33,974 bases of DNA from a virus. Its lineage: Duplodnaviria; Heunggongvirae; Uroviricota; Caudoviricetes. The position numbers and the translations under genes are program-made. The DNA lies in IMG/VR virus record IMGVR_UViG_2711768075_000013, positions 1-33,974 of that record; one strand, written 5' to 3'. Positions 1 to 8,104 of this stretch are shown here, piece after piece (position 1 is the stretch's first letter; every line of letters starts with the position of its first letter). The notes under the pieces were generated by a model. That model saw nothing but the letters and a program-made list of their open reading frames with translations. It ran no database searches and was not told where the DNA came from.

Positions 1-1101
1 TCAGGCTATATTTCTTGTTATGTTATGCAGCTCAGCTGTAAAAATCAGCTCTCCCTTAGCGAAGGGAGTCCCCCCTCCTGGTTGAGTCATAAAACTCTGT
101 GAGACAGTCGTCCAGCTGTTTGTGTCACTTTGTACGCCATTCTCTGTAATCGTTGCACCTTCATGGCTGCCATTTTTCACTTTCCAGGCCAGGCGGTTAT
201 TGGGGGCATCAGCACCGCGGTAAGTGACCGAGGCCATAACGGCCACAACATCACTGTTGACGTTATCCACCGCACCAAACGTGGCCTGTGCTGCATTCAG
301 GGACGGCGAGAGCATCAGATATCCGGCCTCGCTGTCAGAGGTGTTCAGCCCCGTGACAATATCTTTATTCAGTGAGTTTTTGGCGCTTCCACCGGTAAAT
401 GCCGTTACCGGGCTGTATCTGACCTCAATGCTTCCGAGCAGGGCGGGTTCTGCACTATTATTTCTACCGTATGTCACTGTTCCACAGTACATATCACCCA
501 GCATTGACGTGCCGGATGCACCCGATGAAAAAATATTGTCACCACTACCAATACTCACCTGAATTTTGTCAGTCCGGTCATCTGGTACATAAAACGATGT
601 ATTTCCAACTAATGAGCGGTTGCAGTACAGACTGGCTGAGACATAGCCGTTTTCGTTTCGCGTTGCGAAAATTTCATAGTAATAACTGGCTGCTTCATCA
701 GGATACGGGGTTGTAAATGAATAGCCATTAATCCTGATGTGGGATGGCGAAGATGAATATTTCTTTCCCGCACTTAATGTCAGACGAAATCCCAGCTGTA
801 CAGCTGAGGCTTTTAAGTCCGGAAGTGTGCTGTACAGTGTGACATATGAGGATGTCGTGAAAATCAGCCCCGTTCTTTCTACAGTATTTACGGCCTGAGT
901 GCCACGACAGACGGATGTTACAGAACCGGACATATCATTGATAAGCGTGACACCGTTTTCGTTCAGTGCTGAAATAATATTTGTTGAATAATAGTTCTCG
1001 CACAATCCCTCATTCGCCGGAATTTGTCGAAAACTTTCGAGTTTTATAATATTCAAGGTCTGCTTTCCTTTTGTATCGGTTAATATATTTCTGAATACCA
1101 C
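1..1101 (-). CDS. S/T/N/G-rich protein, 366 aa, putative distal receptor-binding / second fibre protein; start uncertain (GTG, no clear SD)
   Basis: Composition typical of receptor-binding domains; visibly AT-richer than the rest of the prophage; TGA stop at positions 1-3. Confidence 0.35.
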   Translation of the reverse strand: MVFRNILTDTKGKQTLNIIKLESFRQIPANEGLCENYYSTNIISALNENGVTLINDMSGSVTSVCRGTQAVNTVERTGLIFTTSSYVTLYSTLPDLKASAVQLGFRLTLSAGKKYSSSPSHIRINGYSFTTPYPDEAASYYYEIFATRNENGYVSASLYCNRSLVGNTSFYVPDDRTDKIQVSIGSGDNIFSSGASGTSMLGDMYCGTVTYGRNNSAEPALLGSIEVRYSPVTAFTGGSAKNSLNKDIVTGLNTSDSEAGYLMLSPSLNAAQATFGAVDNVNSDVVAVMASVTYRGADAPNNRLAWKVKNGSHEGATITENGVQSDTNSWTTVSQSFMTQPGGGTPFAKGELIFTAELHNITRNIA

Positions 1102-1112
1102 AAAAAGTTAGC

Positions 1113-1631
1113 TCATGGTTTTTGTGGCCATTGAATAAAATCAAAAGACTCCTTATCACTCACATGACTTAAATTCAGAGCCTTCACCTCTTTGATATAC
1201 GCCATCCACTGCATCAGGTGGGCCTTGTCGTCATCACTGATGGTGCCCAGCTCCAGCTCGGTTTTCCAGTCAGATGTGATGTCCTTTGCTTCAGTCAGCA
1301 GATGCTGGCGTTGTTTTTCTGCCAGTTGCGAATAATCAACAGGAACCGGCAGCACTTCGCCGTCTTTGTAATACCAACTGGCTTCAATGCCAAAACCTTC
1401 CGGCAGTTCATCAACTTCCACAATGGTGAAACCTGTCGGATAAAGACGGGACACGTCTTCCGCCATTGAATAAATCACGCCGCTTTCAGGGTGAATGCAC
1501 AATTTGTATCTCTTCGTGAATTTGTCCATGGATTCATAAAAATCCTGTCCGTCTTCACTGCGGAAATACTGAATGCCTTCACCATAAGGCATATCTTCAG
1601 GGTGGTAACGTGTAACATTTCTGAGTTCCAT
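1113..1631 (-). CDS. tail fibre assembly protein (Tfa, Mu U-like)
   Basis: Tfa-like sequence; ATG at 1631 with AAGGAGA RBS overlapping the fibre gene stop. Confidence 0.7.
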   Translation of the reverse strand: MELRNVTRYHPEDMPYGEGIQYFRSEDGQDFYESMDKFTKRYKLCIHPESGVIYSMAEDVSRLYPTGFTIVEVDELPEGFGIEASWYYKDGEVLPVPVDYSQLAEKQRQHLLTEAKDITSDWKTELELGTISDDDKAHLMQWMAYIKEVKALNLSHVSDKESFDFIQWPQKP

Positions 1632-1645
1632 TATTTTCTCCTTAA

Positions 1646-2419
1646 TTAACCAGAGATAGTGCGCCATGCGCCATTAATATAAATTTGCACTGGTTTATAC
1701 TTGATGAACTCCATTTTTTCGCCGCCATCAACAAAGGTGACCACGCAGCCTGTCGGAGCCTGATATCCGCCCTGAACCTGAGCCCCCAACTGAACATTCT
1801 GAATGTACCGGGCATCAGCTGTTGACTGACTCATTCCTGCAGGAATCGTGATATCGCCACTGCCATCAAACAGCACATTGTTAATCCTGCGGGCCGTCTG
1901 AAGCCGGGTTGCCGTTCCGGCGTTGCCGCTGATGTTGTTGATGGTGATATCCGAAGTCAGGGGCATGTTGTTGACCTTACGCGCTTTTGGCACACCGCTG
2001 ATGTTATCCAGAAACAATTGTTTATTCGGGATGTCTGCGCCGTTACGGTCTTTTGCCAGTCTGGCGTTTGCGTTATCCATCGCAATCCTGACCGCTTTTG
2101 GTGTAGCCGCTTCTGTTTCTGATTCACTGTTAACAGCACTGTTAAGCCGCACTACGCCTTTTTGCGTCAGCGATGCATCCGGGACTTTCTGGCCAATAAA
2201 CGAGGTCAGCGCCTCAACCAGCTGGTTTTGTTTTTCCGGGTCAGGGGTGACGCCAGCCTCTTTAAGGACGTTAATCACCTCCTGCTGCAAATCACGCGTT
2301 GCTGCCTGATGATTATTCATAAATTCAGCAGTAACGATGGTTCCCTCAATTCCCTGAGTCGGGTCACCATCATGAAATAACTTATCCGGCGTATTCACCG
2401 GGGGCATTAAACTCTGCAT
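1646..2419 (-). CDS. tail fibre protein (short, S-like)
   Basis: Segment TQKGVVRLNSAVNSESETEAATPKAV is the common tail-fibre motif; followed by a Tfa gene. Confidence 0.55.
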   Translation of the reverse strand: MQSLMPPVNTPDKLFHDGDPTQGIEGTIVTAEFMNNHQAATRDLQQEVINVLKEAGVTPDPEKQNQLVEALTSFIGQKVPDASLTQKGVVRLNSAVNSESETEAATPKAVRIAMDNANARLAKDRNGADIPNKQLFLDNISGVPKARKVNNMPLTSDITINNISGNAGTATRLQTARRINNVLFDGSGDITIPAGMSQSTADARYIQNVQLGAQVQGGYQAPTGCVVTFVDGGEKMEFIKYKPVQIYINGAWRTISG

Positions 2420-2465
2420 TATTTCTCCTGTAGTTATTACAAATAAACAACATCAGACCTTTTGT

Positions 2466-3458
2466 TTAAGGCTCTGTGATAACGGCAAAGTGCAGCCCAT
2501 TATGGTTAACTACTAATGGGGTACTGCTGTTATTTGCTGTTTGTAAATGTATTTTGTTAATTGTCATCGGCTCCGTGGTCTGCCTTCCCGACTGCCACTG
2601 AACGGTATTAACTGTCAGTGGTTCAATAGTTCGCCGCTCCGACAATAGTTGCATTCTGTTAATCAGCAATGGTTCCTGACTCAGGTTTCCCGCCTGAAGC
2701 TGCGTATTGTTGATTGTGAGCGGTTTACCTTTCAGTACAGGAATAACTGCAAAATGCATTCCGGCATTATTTATCAGCAGAGGCGCATCAGCATGACATA
2801 CTGACTGAAACTGAATTCTGTTAATTGTCAGTGGTGATACTGGCTCTGGCTGAGATGTGATTTCATAAGTGAAATAACAGTCTGTAAAAGCCGGTTTAAG
2901 GTCTTTAAACGTGTTTTCTAAAATGGATTCACCAAAGGCCGTCAGCGGTTCGCCGGTTGCCGATGCGCCCGTTCTGAACCGGTAGACAGGTGTTTTTGTC
3001 CCGATAACATTGACCTGCCACGCCCAGCGGATTTCTGGTATCAGCAGGCGGTCGCCGCAGCGGTTTATCCCCACCCGGAATGGTCGCGGCTCCGTAATGG
3101 TGATGGTGTAGCCCAGACTGGCGGCAAGGCTTTTGAAGTAAGGGATTGACAGCCCCCCCGTGGCAGCCATTTTTACCAGAATGTTCTGACGCCGCTCCTG
3201 TTGTGTTGCCCCTTCACGAGGAATAACACCGTACACGCGCTCCCAGTCGGACAGCGTCATCGATGCCTGCAACGGGGTGATTTGTGTCAGAACGCGCGCC
3301 GCTGACGCCTTCACGACTTCCATGACGTCAGCCTCGGCTGTCAGTTCTGCGGAAATATATTTCCCGTTCAGGTCATAACTGACAGGTGGCAGCATGGCGC
3401 GAAATAAATCGACCATATTCATAAAATCACCCCTCGCGCGGAAAAGGCTGAATATCAA
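2466..3458 (-). CDS. baseplate protein gp48-like (YmfQ/DUF2313-like) with about 130-aa C-terminal repeat extension
   Basis: N-terminal about 200 aa resemble the gp48 family; the C-terminus carries roughly seven 18-20-aa repeats of the form PLxxNxxxxQ. Confidence 0.55.
   Translation of the reverse strand: MIFSLFRARGDFMNMVDLFRAMLPPVSYDLNGKYISAELTAEADVMEVVKASAARVLTQITPLQASMTLSDWERVYGVIPREGATQQERRQNILVKMAATGGLSIPYFKSLAASLGYTITITEPRPFRVGINRCGDRLLIPEIRWAWQVNVIGTKTPVYRFRTGASATGEPLTAFGESILENTFKDLKPAFTDCYFTYEITSQPEPVSPLTINRIQFQSVCHADAPLLINNAGMHFAVIPVLKGKPLTINNTQLQAGNLSQEPLLINRMQLLSERRTIEPLTVNTVQWQSGRQTTEPMTINKIHLQTANNSSTPLVVNHNGLHFAVITEP
2470..2860. repeat. degenerate tandem repeats of about 57-60 bp encoding the gp48-like C-terminal extension
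   Basis: Recurring CTGTTAATTGTCAGTGG-like segments; peptide repeats PLTINRIQFQS / PLLINNAGMHFAV / PLTINNTQLQ and similar. Confidence 0.4.
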
Positions 3459-4506
3459 TATTTCCCGGGCGCAACCATTCCCACGTTGACGCGTTAATAA
3501 TGGCTTTTACGTTGTCCGCTGGCGTAATGATTCGCCGGTCACTGACACCGGAAATTAATGAAATCTGGGTTTCCAGTTGTGAAATTATTAATTCCTGCCC
3601 CGGCTCCAGCCGGTTCATAAAATCCGTGATAACGTCAGTTATTTGCGGTTTTATCTGCTCAACGGTCAGGCCGCTGGTTTTTACCCGGACAACGAAATCA
3701 ACGGCTTTTTTCGTCGGGGCCAGTACCATCGTGTCCTTCGCTGTGACCGGGCGGACTTCCTCAATATGTGCCAGCACGGCATTAATCAGTTCCTGCGAGG
3801 GAAGGTCATTGGCTGACGTAATGGCCACATCAACCGTTCCCAGCCCACGACGCAATGACTCCACATATGCCGAGGTAACGCCATCCACTTCCAGCGCCCA
3901 GCGTTTGTAATCATATTTGTTACCGCCAGCGGGCGGCCTGCGCAGAATATCCAGATAACGCGCCAGCAGGTCGGCGTCACTTTCCCTGTCCGTTCCGCCG
4001 GTCAGGGATTTAATCGTCACCGTGCTGTTGATGCCTTCCGGCGGACTGACCAGCGTTGCCGTCTGCGTTGTGGATGCGTTCGTATGTGCGCCCGTGGTGG
4101 TGCTTTTTGCCGTCACCTCCGCGCTGCCTTCATCACCGATGGTGCAGTCTGCGGTGGTGGCCACGCTGACACCTTCACCACGAATTTCCGCACCGGCTGG
4201 CAGCATCTTACCGGGTGTACCGGTAATCACTGCCGGGCCGGATGAGGCCGTTGCTTTTTTACGAAAAACATTGCGCGCGCGGCAGTGCAGCTCCAGATAT
4301 TCAGGGTCTGCCGTGTCAGGAAACACCTGACGGAGTATCCACCCCTGATGCATATAAAGCCCGTCAGCCACGCCAGATACGGCATTTGCACGAATGCGGT
4401 AATCGCTGTCAGCGCCGGTGTCGATGGTTTCTCCCGGCAGGGCGTTAGCGATATCACGTAGCTGGCGTTCTGTGTTTTCAGCAACGCCCGGAACTGGAAA
4501 CGGCAT
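3427..4506 (-). CDS. baseplate J-like protein (Mu gp47-like)
   Basis: 359-aa protein, gene order. Confidence 0.7.
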   Translation of the reverse strand: MPFPVPGVAENTERQLRDIANALPGETIDTGADSDYRIRANAVSGVADGLYMHQGWILRQVFPDTADPEYLELHCRARNVFRKKATASSGPAVITGTPGKMLPAGAEIRGEGVSVATTADCTIGDEGSAEVTAKSTTTGAHTNASTTQTATLVSPPEGINSTVTIKSLTGGTDRESDADLLARYLDILRRPPAGGNKYDYKRWALEVDGVTSAYVESLRRGLGTVDVAITSANDLPSQELINAVLAHIEEVRPVTAKDTMVLAPTKKAVDFVVRVKTSGLTVEQIKPQITDVITDFMNRLEPGQELIISQLETQISLISGVSDRRIITPADNVKAIINASTWEWLRPGNIDIQPFPREG

Positions 4507-4856
4507 TACATAATCCTCACAGGGTGTTCAAACGTCTGCGGTGTGCCCGCGTTATCCGTGACGGTGATTAACAGCAACAACCAGCCGCGCTGGCCCGCTT
4601 TCGTGTCAACGGTAATGGATTTTGCCCGCCCGTCATCAAGCAGGGGCTGAAGCGCCTGACTGGCATACTGCGCCGCCAGCCTGTGAACACGGGAAACGTC
4701 TTTTTCCCGCTTCAGTTCGTGCAGGCGTGACCCCAGCGACGCATCCGCCCAGTAACTGCCAAGCGGCGTCGCCAGTCGCAGATAAACCGCGTTATGAAGT
4801 GTATAAATCCGGCGGCGTTCGTAGTCGCCGGTTGCAGGTGAAATCGTCTGGTCCAT
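4506..4856 (-). CDS. baseplate protein (Mu gp46 / GPW-like)
   Basis: 116-aa protein preceding the J-like gene. Confidence 0.65.
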   Translation of the reverse strand: MDQTISPATGDYERRRIYTLHNAVYLRLATPLGSYWADASLGSRLHELKREKDVSRVHRLAAQYASQALQPLLDDGRAKSITVDTKAGQRGWLLLLITVTDNAGTPQTFEHPVRIM

Positions 4857-4884
4857 GCCGCCAGTCTGGCAGCATGGACAGGTC

Positions 4885-4912
4885 AGAATCAGGTGAGGGT
4901 GTTCAGCACTTA
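4885..4912 (-). promoter_or_regulatory. third copy of the GTGCTGAACACCC motif, between gp45-like and gp46-like baseplate genes
   Basis: Minus-sense AAGTGCTGAACACCCTCAC overlapping the stop of the gp45-like gene, about 42 nt before the gp46-like ATG. Confidence 0.3.
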
Positions 4913-5563
4913 ATTAACCGGCGTGTCAGACATGCCGTGTGGGGTCGGGTGTTTGTGCGTTCCGATTTTAATGCCATTAATGGTGACGTCAACGGAGGTA
5001 ATCACACCACCCACATGGTTGATGTTGCCTTCAAAGGTGGCGGCATATTTCTTGCCCCCACTGATGGCCATGCCACCACTGCCGGTGATTTTACCTTCCA
5101 CTGTCAGCTTATCGCTGGCCGTCAGTAACGGTGTCGTGAATGCGGCGTTCTCCTCTGCCTCAACCTCATAGCGTTTGCATTTCACCCGGTAAACGTCACA
5201 TTCGGTTTCAACAATCCGCCCGCGCTTCAGTACGATTTTCGCGCCTTCATCGGTATACAGGGCCACCTCGCCGGGTTTCAGTTCCGTCAGGCGATATGCG
5301 CCGTGCTCTGTGGCCACGATGACGGTATGGGAGGTATTACCGTTCAGCGGAACGGCAATACCCATAGAGCCGGGCGGCGGGGATGTGGTGAGGCCGTAAT
5401 GCTGAAAATACTCCGCACCGTCCAGCTGCTCGCCTGCCAGCCCGTTCAGCTGGAGAAGCTGTACTTTGGTCGAACTGTCCACCGTACCGGTCACCACCCT
5501 GAATGCCTGGCGAACGGTGGCCAGTGCCTGCTGTATGCGCTGATTAACCTTGTCCCACATCAT
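4910..5563 (-). CDS. baseplate spike / assembly protein V-like (Mu gp45-like)
   Basis: 217-aa protein, gene order. Confidence 0.7.
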   Translation of the reverse strand: MMWDKVNQRIQQALATVRQAFRVVTGTVDSSTKVQLLQLNGLAGEQLDGAEYFQHYGLTTSPPPGSMGIAVPLNGNTSHTVIVATEHGAYRLTELKPGEVALYTDEGAKIVLKRGRIVETECDVYRVKCKRYEVEAEENAAFTTPLLTASDKLTVEGKITGSGGMAISGGKKYAATFEGNINHVGGVITSVDVTINGIKIGTHKHPTPHGMSDTPVN

Positions 5564-6771
5564 TTCTCCCAGACCTTAACAATGGCGACCTCTTTTTTCT
5601 TTTTGCCCCTGCGGTGATGGCGTTTCTTCTCACGCGGGAAGGCGTCAGGTATCCACACGCCGTCCTCCTTAAAGCGAAGCCGGGTTGTCTGCCCGTTCCG
5701 GCCTCCGCTGAACTCACGCCCCATCAGGAAAAAGATGGCATCAATGCCGTGGAGTTCGCTGACAATCCGCACACGCTGGCCGGGCTGCCACAGGACACCG
5801 TCCGCCGTGCGATGGCCTGCAACCAGTGCAACGATATCCAGCCCCGACAGACGGGCATCACTCATCATTTTTTTTGCGCGCCAGTTCACCTGCTCCATGT
5901 TACTGGTGTCGCCCTGGGTGATTATCTGCGGGCGGTAATAATCCACGGTGGGGTCGGTGGCCACGGCTTTCATGTTATGAATGCCTGTCTGACCACCACC
6001 TGCATTACCGCTGCCCTGCCCGGATAATGTGCGCACGCTGCCGTCCTCGTTCCAGATGTCCAGTGGCACCACGGCTACCTGTTTCTTGCTGTCTGCGCGG
6101 CGGGCGTGGCTCTGAGCCAGTACTGTCAGTTCGGAGAAACAGCCGTTAATGGACCTGGTATCGTCCAGCTCCATCACGTTGTTCCCGGTACCGTCCAGCT
6201 TCAGAATCAGCGTGTCCACCGGCGTGGTGGTGTAGTCAGGGCCACCCACAACCAGCGTACCGTCAGGCTCAAACCACGGCCATAAGCCGCGACCGGCGGC
6301 AGCTTTAGCCAGTGCATCCCACGCACGCATCCCCGGCTCTATAACGACCTTGTCATTACGTGACACACCAGACGCCTGAATACGGATGCGCTGTATCCCC
6401 AGCGGTCTGACTATCCTGTCGATGACCTCGTCCAGTGTCAGCTGATTGGCGCTGAACACCGGCGCGGCACAGTCCACCAGAATGGCGGCATCATCACGCC
6501 CGGACAGGGTCAGCGCGCAGCTCTGACGGGATACACTGCGGCGCACGCTGTCCACGCGACCACTAAGGACCGTCTCATCTCCCACCTGCAAACGGACTGG
6601 CACACCCCGGACGATATCCGCCGGGAACACCTTTTCAGGCAGTCCCAGCTGAAGCTGCCACCCGTCGGCTGCTTTCAGGAAATCGCTGTCAATACGATAA
6701 CTGCTCCAGTCAGAATGCGATCTTCCGGCAATGACCAGGCTGATTTTGTCGTCGTTATTTTGCATAGGCAT
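5560..6771 (-). CDS. baseplate hub protein (Mu P / gp44-like)
   Basis: 403-aa protein, gene order. Confidence 0.7.
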   Translation of the reverse strand: MPMQNNDDKISLVIAGRSHSDWSSYRIDSDFLKAADGWQLQLGLPEKVFPADIVRGVPVRLQVGDETVLSGRVDSVRRSVSRQSCALTLSGRDDAAILVDCAAPVFSANQLTLDEVIDRIVRPLGIQRIRIQASGVSRNDKVVIEPGMRAWDALAKAAAGRGLWPWFEPDGTLVVGGPDYTTTPVDTLILKLDGTGNNVMELDDTRSINGCFSELTVLAQSHARRADSKKQVAVVPLDIWNEDGSVRTLSGQGSGNAGGGQTGIHNMKAVATDPTVDYYRPQIITQGDTSNMEQVNWRAKKMMSDARLSGLDIVALVAGHRTADGVLWQPGQRVRIVSELHGIDAIFFLMGREFSGGRNGQTTRLRFKEDGVWIPDAFPREKKRHHRRGKKKKEVAIVKVWEK

Positions 6772-8104
6772 TAATCACCATCCCAGCGGTTATGTTGTTC
6801 GGGTCACGCAGCTGCGGGTTCAGACGTTGCAGCTCTGCCGCACGGCTGTAATCACCGTACCACTGCCACGCCAGCAACAGCAGGCAACCGTCCGCCTGCA
6901 CCTGTTTCTGCGTCAGCGGTGGGCGGCGTGACAGAGTCAGCAGGCCGACATCCTGCACGGATGCCGCCACGTTCTTCATGCTCTGAATGATTTCCGGGTA
7001 CATCAGCCCCAGCGGTGATGCGGTTTCGGTTATCCGTTCGCGTTCGCCTTCATAGCGTTCACGGAACAGCGTGATGGCTGCCTGTAAGCGGGTGCGCACA
7101 TCCCCGACCAGTCGCCCGATATCCGCCGGTATAAGCTGCTCTGACTGGGCCTCATCTGACAGTATCGCCGTCGCCACGCTGGCCAGCTCTGAGGCTGCCA
7201 GAACCGCATAAGCCGCTTTCACGTCGTGCACGTCTTCCACGGACGCATCCGGCGGAAGTGCCACAGACGGCGTTTTATCACCGCTGACCAGTGCGACCGG
7301 CAGCGCGACCAGCTCATCCATATCTGCCATCACCTCATTCCAGCAGGTCATCACTGTCGCAGAACTGGCGACGTTGTCTTCCCCGGTCAGTCCGGTCGTG
7401 GTGGCGGAATCACTACGCGCCAGAACCGGCACCGCGTGCCCGACATCTGACGTGTGGATTTCCAGCACCTCTGCCAGCCCGCCGATAAACTTTCCGGGTT
7501 CGCTGGTCAGTGACACAACATTTTCGACTGTGGAGAATGAATCACTTTTGAACGTCAGCAGGGTATTTACCAGCGTGGCACGCACTGCCTGGATTTTTTT
7601 AATCACGCTGTTAATGGTCTTTAAAGGGGGCGTAACAGCGTCAAAAAATTCGCTTAACTGTGCCAGTAACTTATCCAGTTCTTCAAATAACTGCTGTGCA
7701 AACAGCTCTGGTAACGGGGTGCAGAACAACGCACTGCCGGTGCGGCTCTCCAGAAAGCTCATGTCGATGGTGCAGCTGTCCGGGCTTTCTGCGTCATGGC
7801 GAATGCTGTAGCCGGTCACAATCACCGACGGTACGGAGCCGTAAACCGGGTGAATCAGCTCACCATCGCCGCCTTCGTCCAGGGCAGCGATCAGCTTTTC
7901 AAGTTTATATTCGTAATACTCCCCCCACAGGAACGCCGTCATGCGGAACGGTCGCGCCTTGCGTCCGAGGTCGTGCAAATCTGCCCCGTCAACAAACGGG
8001 TATTCATAGACCGCATGGTCGCGGCTGATTTGTTCATCCGTGTTCAGTACATCAAACTGCACGCCACGAAAGGAGGCGTTTTGCAGGTTTTCAGCCCAGC
8101 CCAT
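6755..8104 (-). CDS. DNA circularization protein N (Mu gp43-like)
   Basis: 449-aa protein immediately after the tape measure gene, as in Mu. Confidence 0.7.
   Translation of the reverse strand: MGWAENLQNASFRGVQFDVLNTDEQISRDHAVYEYPFVDGADLHDLGRKARPFRMTAFLWGEYYEYKLEKLIAALDEGGDGELIHPVYGSVPSVIVTGYSIRHDAESPDSCTIDMSFLESRTGSALFCTPLPELFAQQLFEELDKLLAQLSEFFDAVTPPLKTINSVIKKIQAVRATLVNTLLTFKSDSFSTVENVVSLTSEPGKFIGGLAEVLEIHTSDVGHAVPVLARSDSATTTGLTGEDNVASSATVMTCWNEVMADMDELVALPVALVSGDKTPSVALPPDASVEDVHDVKAAYAVLAASELASVATAILSDEAQSEQLIPADIGRLVGDVRTRLQAAITLFRERYEGERERITETASPLGLMYPEIIQSMKNVAASVQDVGLLTLSRRPPLTQKQVQADGCLLLLAWQWYGDYSRAAELQRLNPQLRDPNNITAGMVINAYAK

Noticed and set aside
1-2419. Possible Mu G-type invertible tail-fibre segment
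   Set aside because: The fibre, the Tfa and the downstream 366-aa ORF are all on the same strand, and no inverted duplicate set or flanking inverted repeats are visible in the window. An invertase could still lie beyond the left edge.
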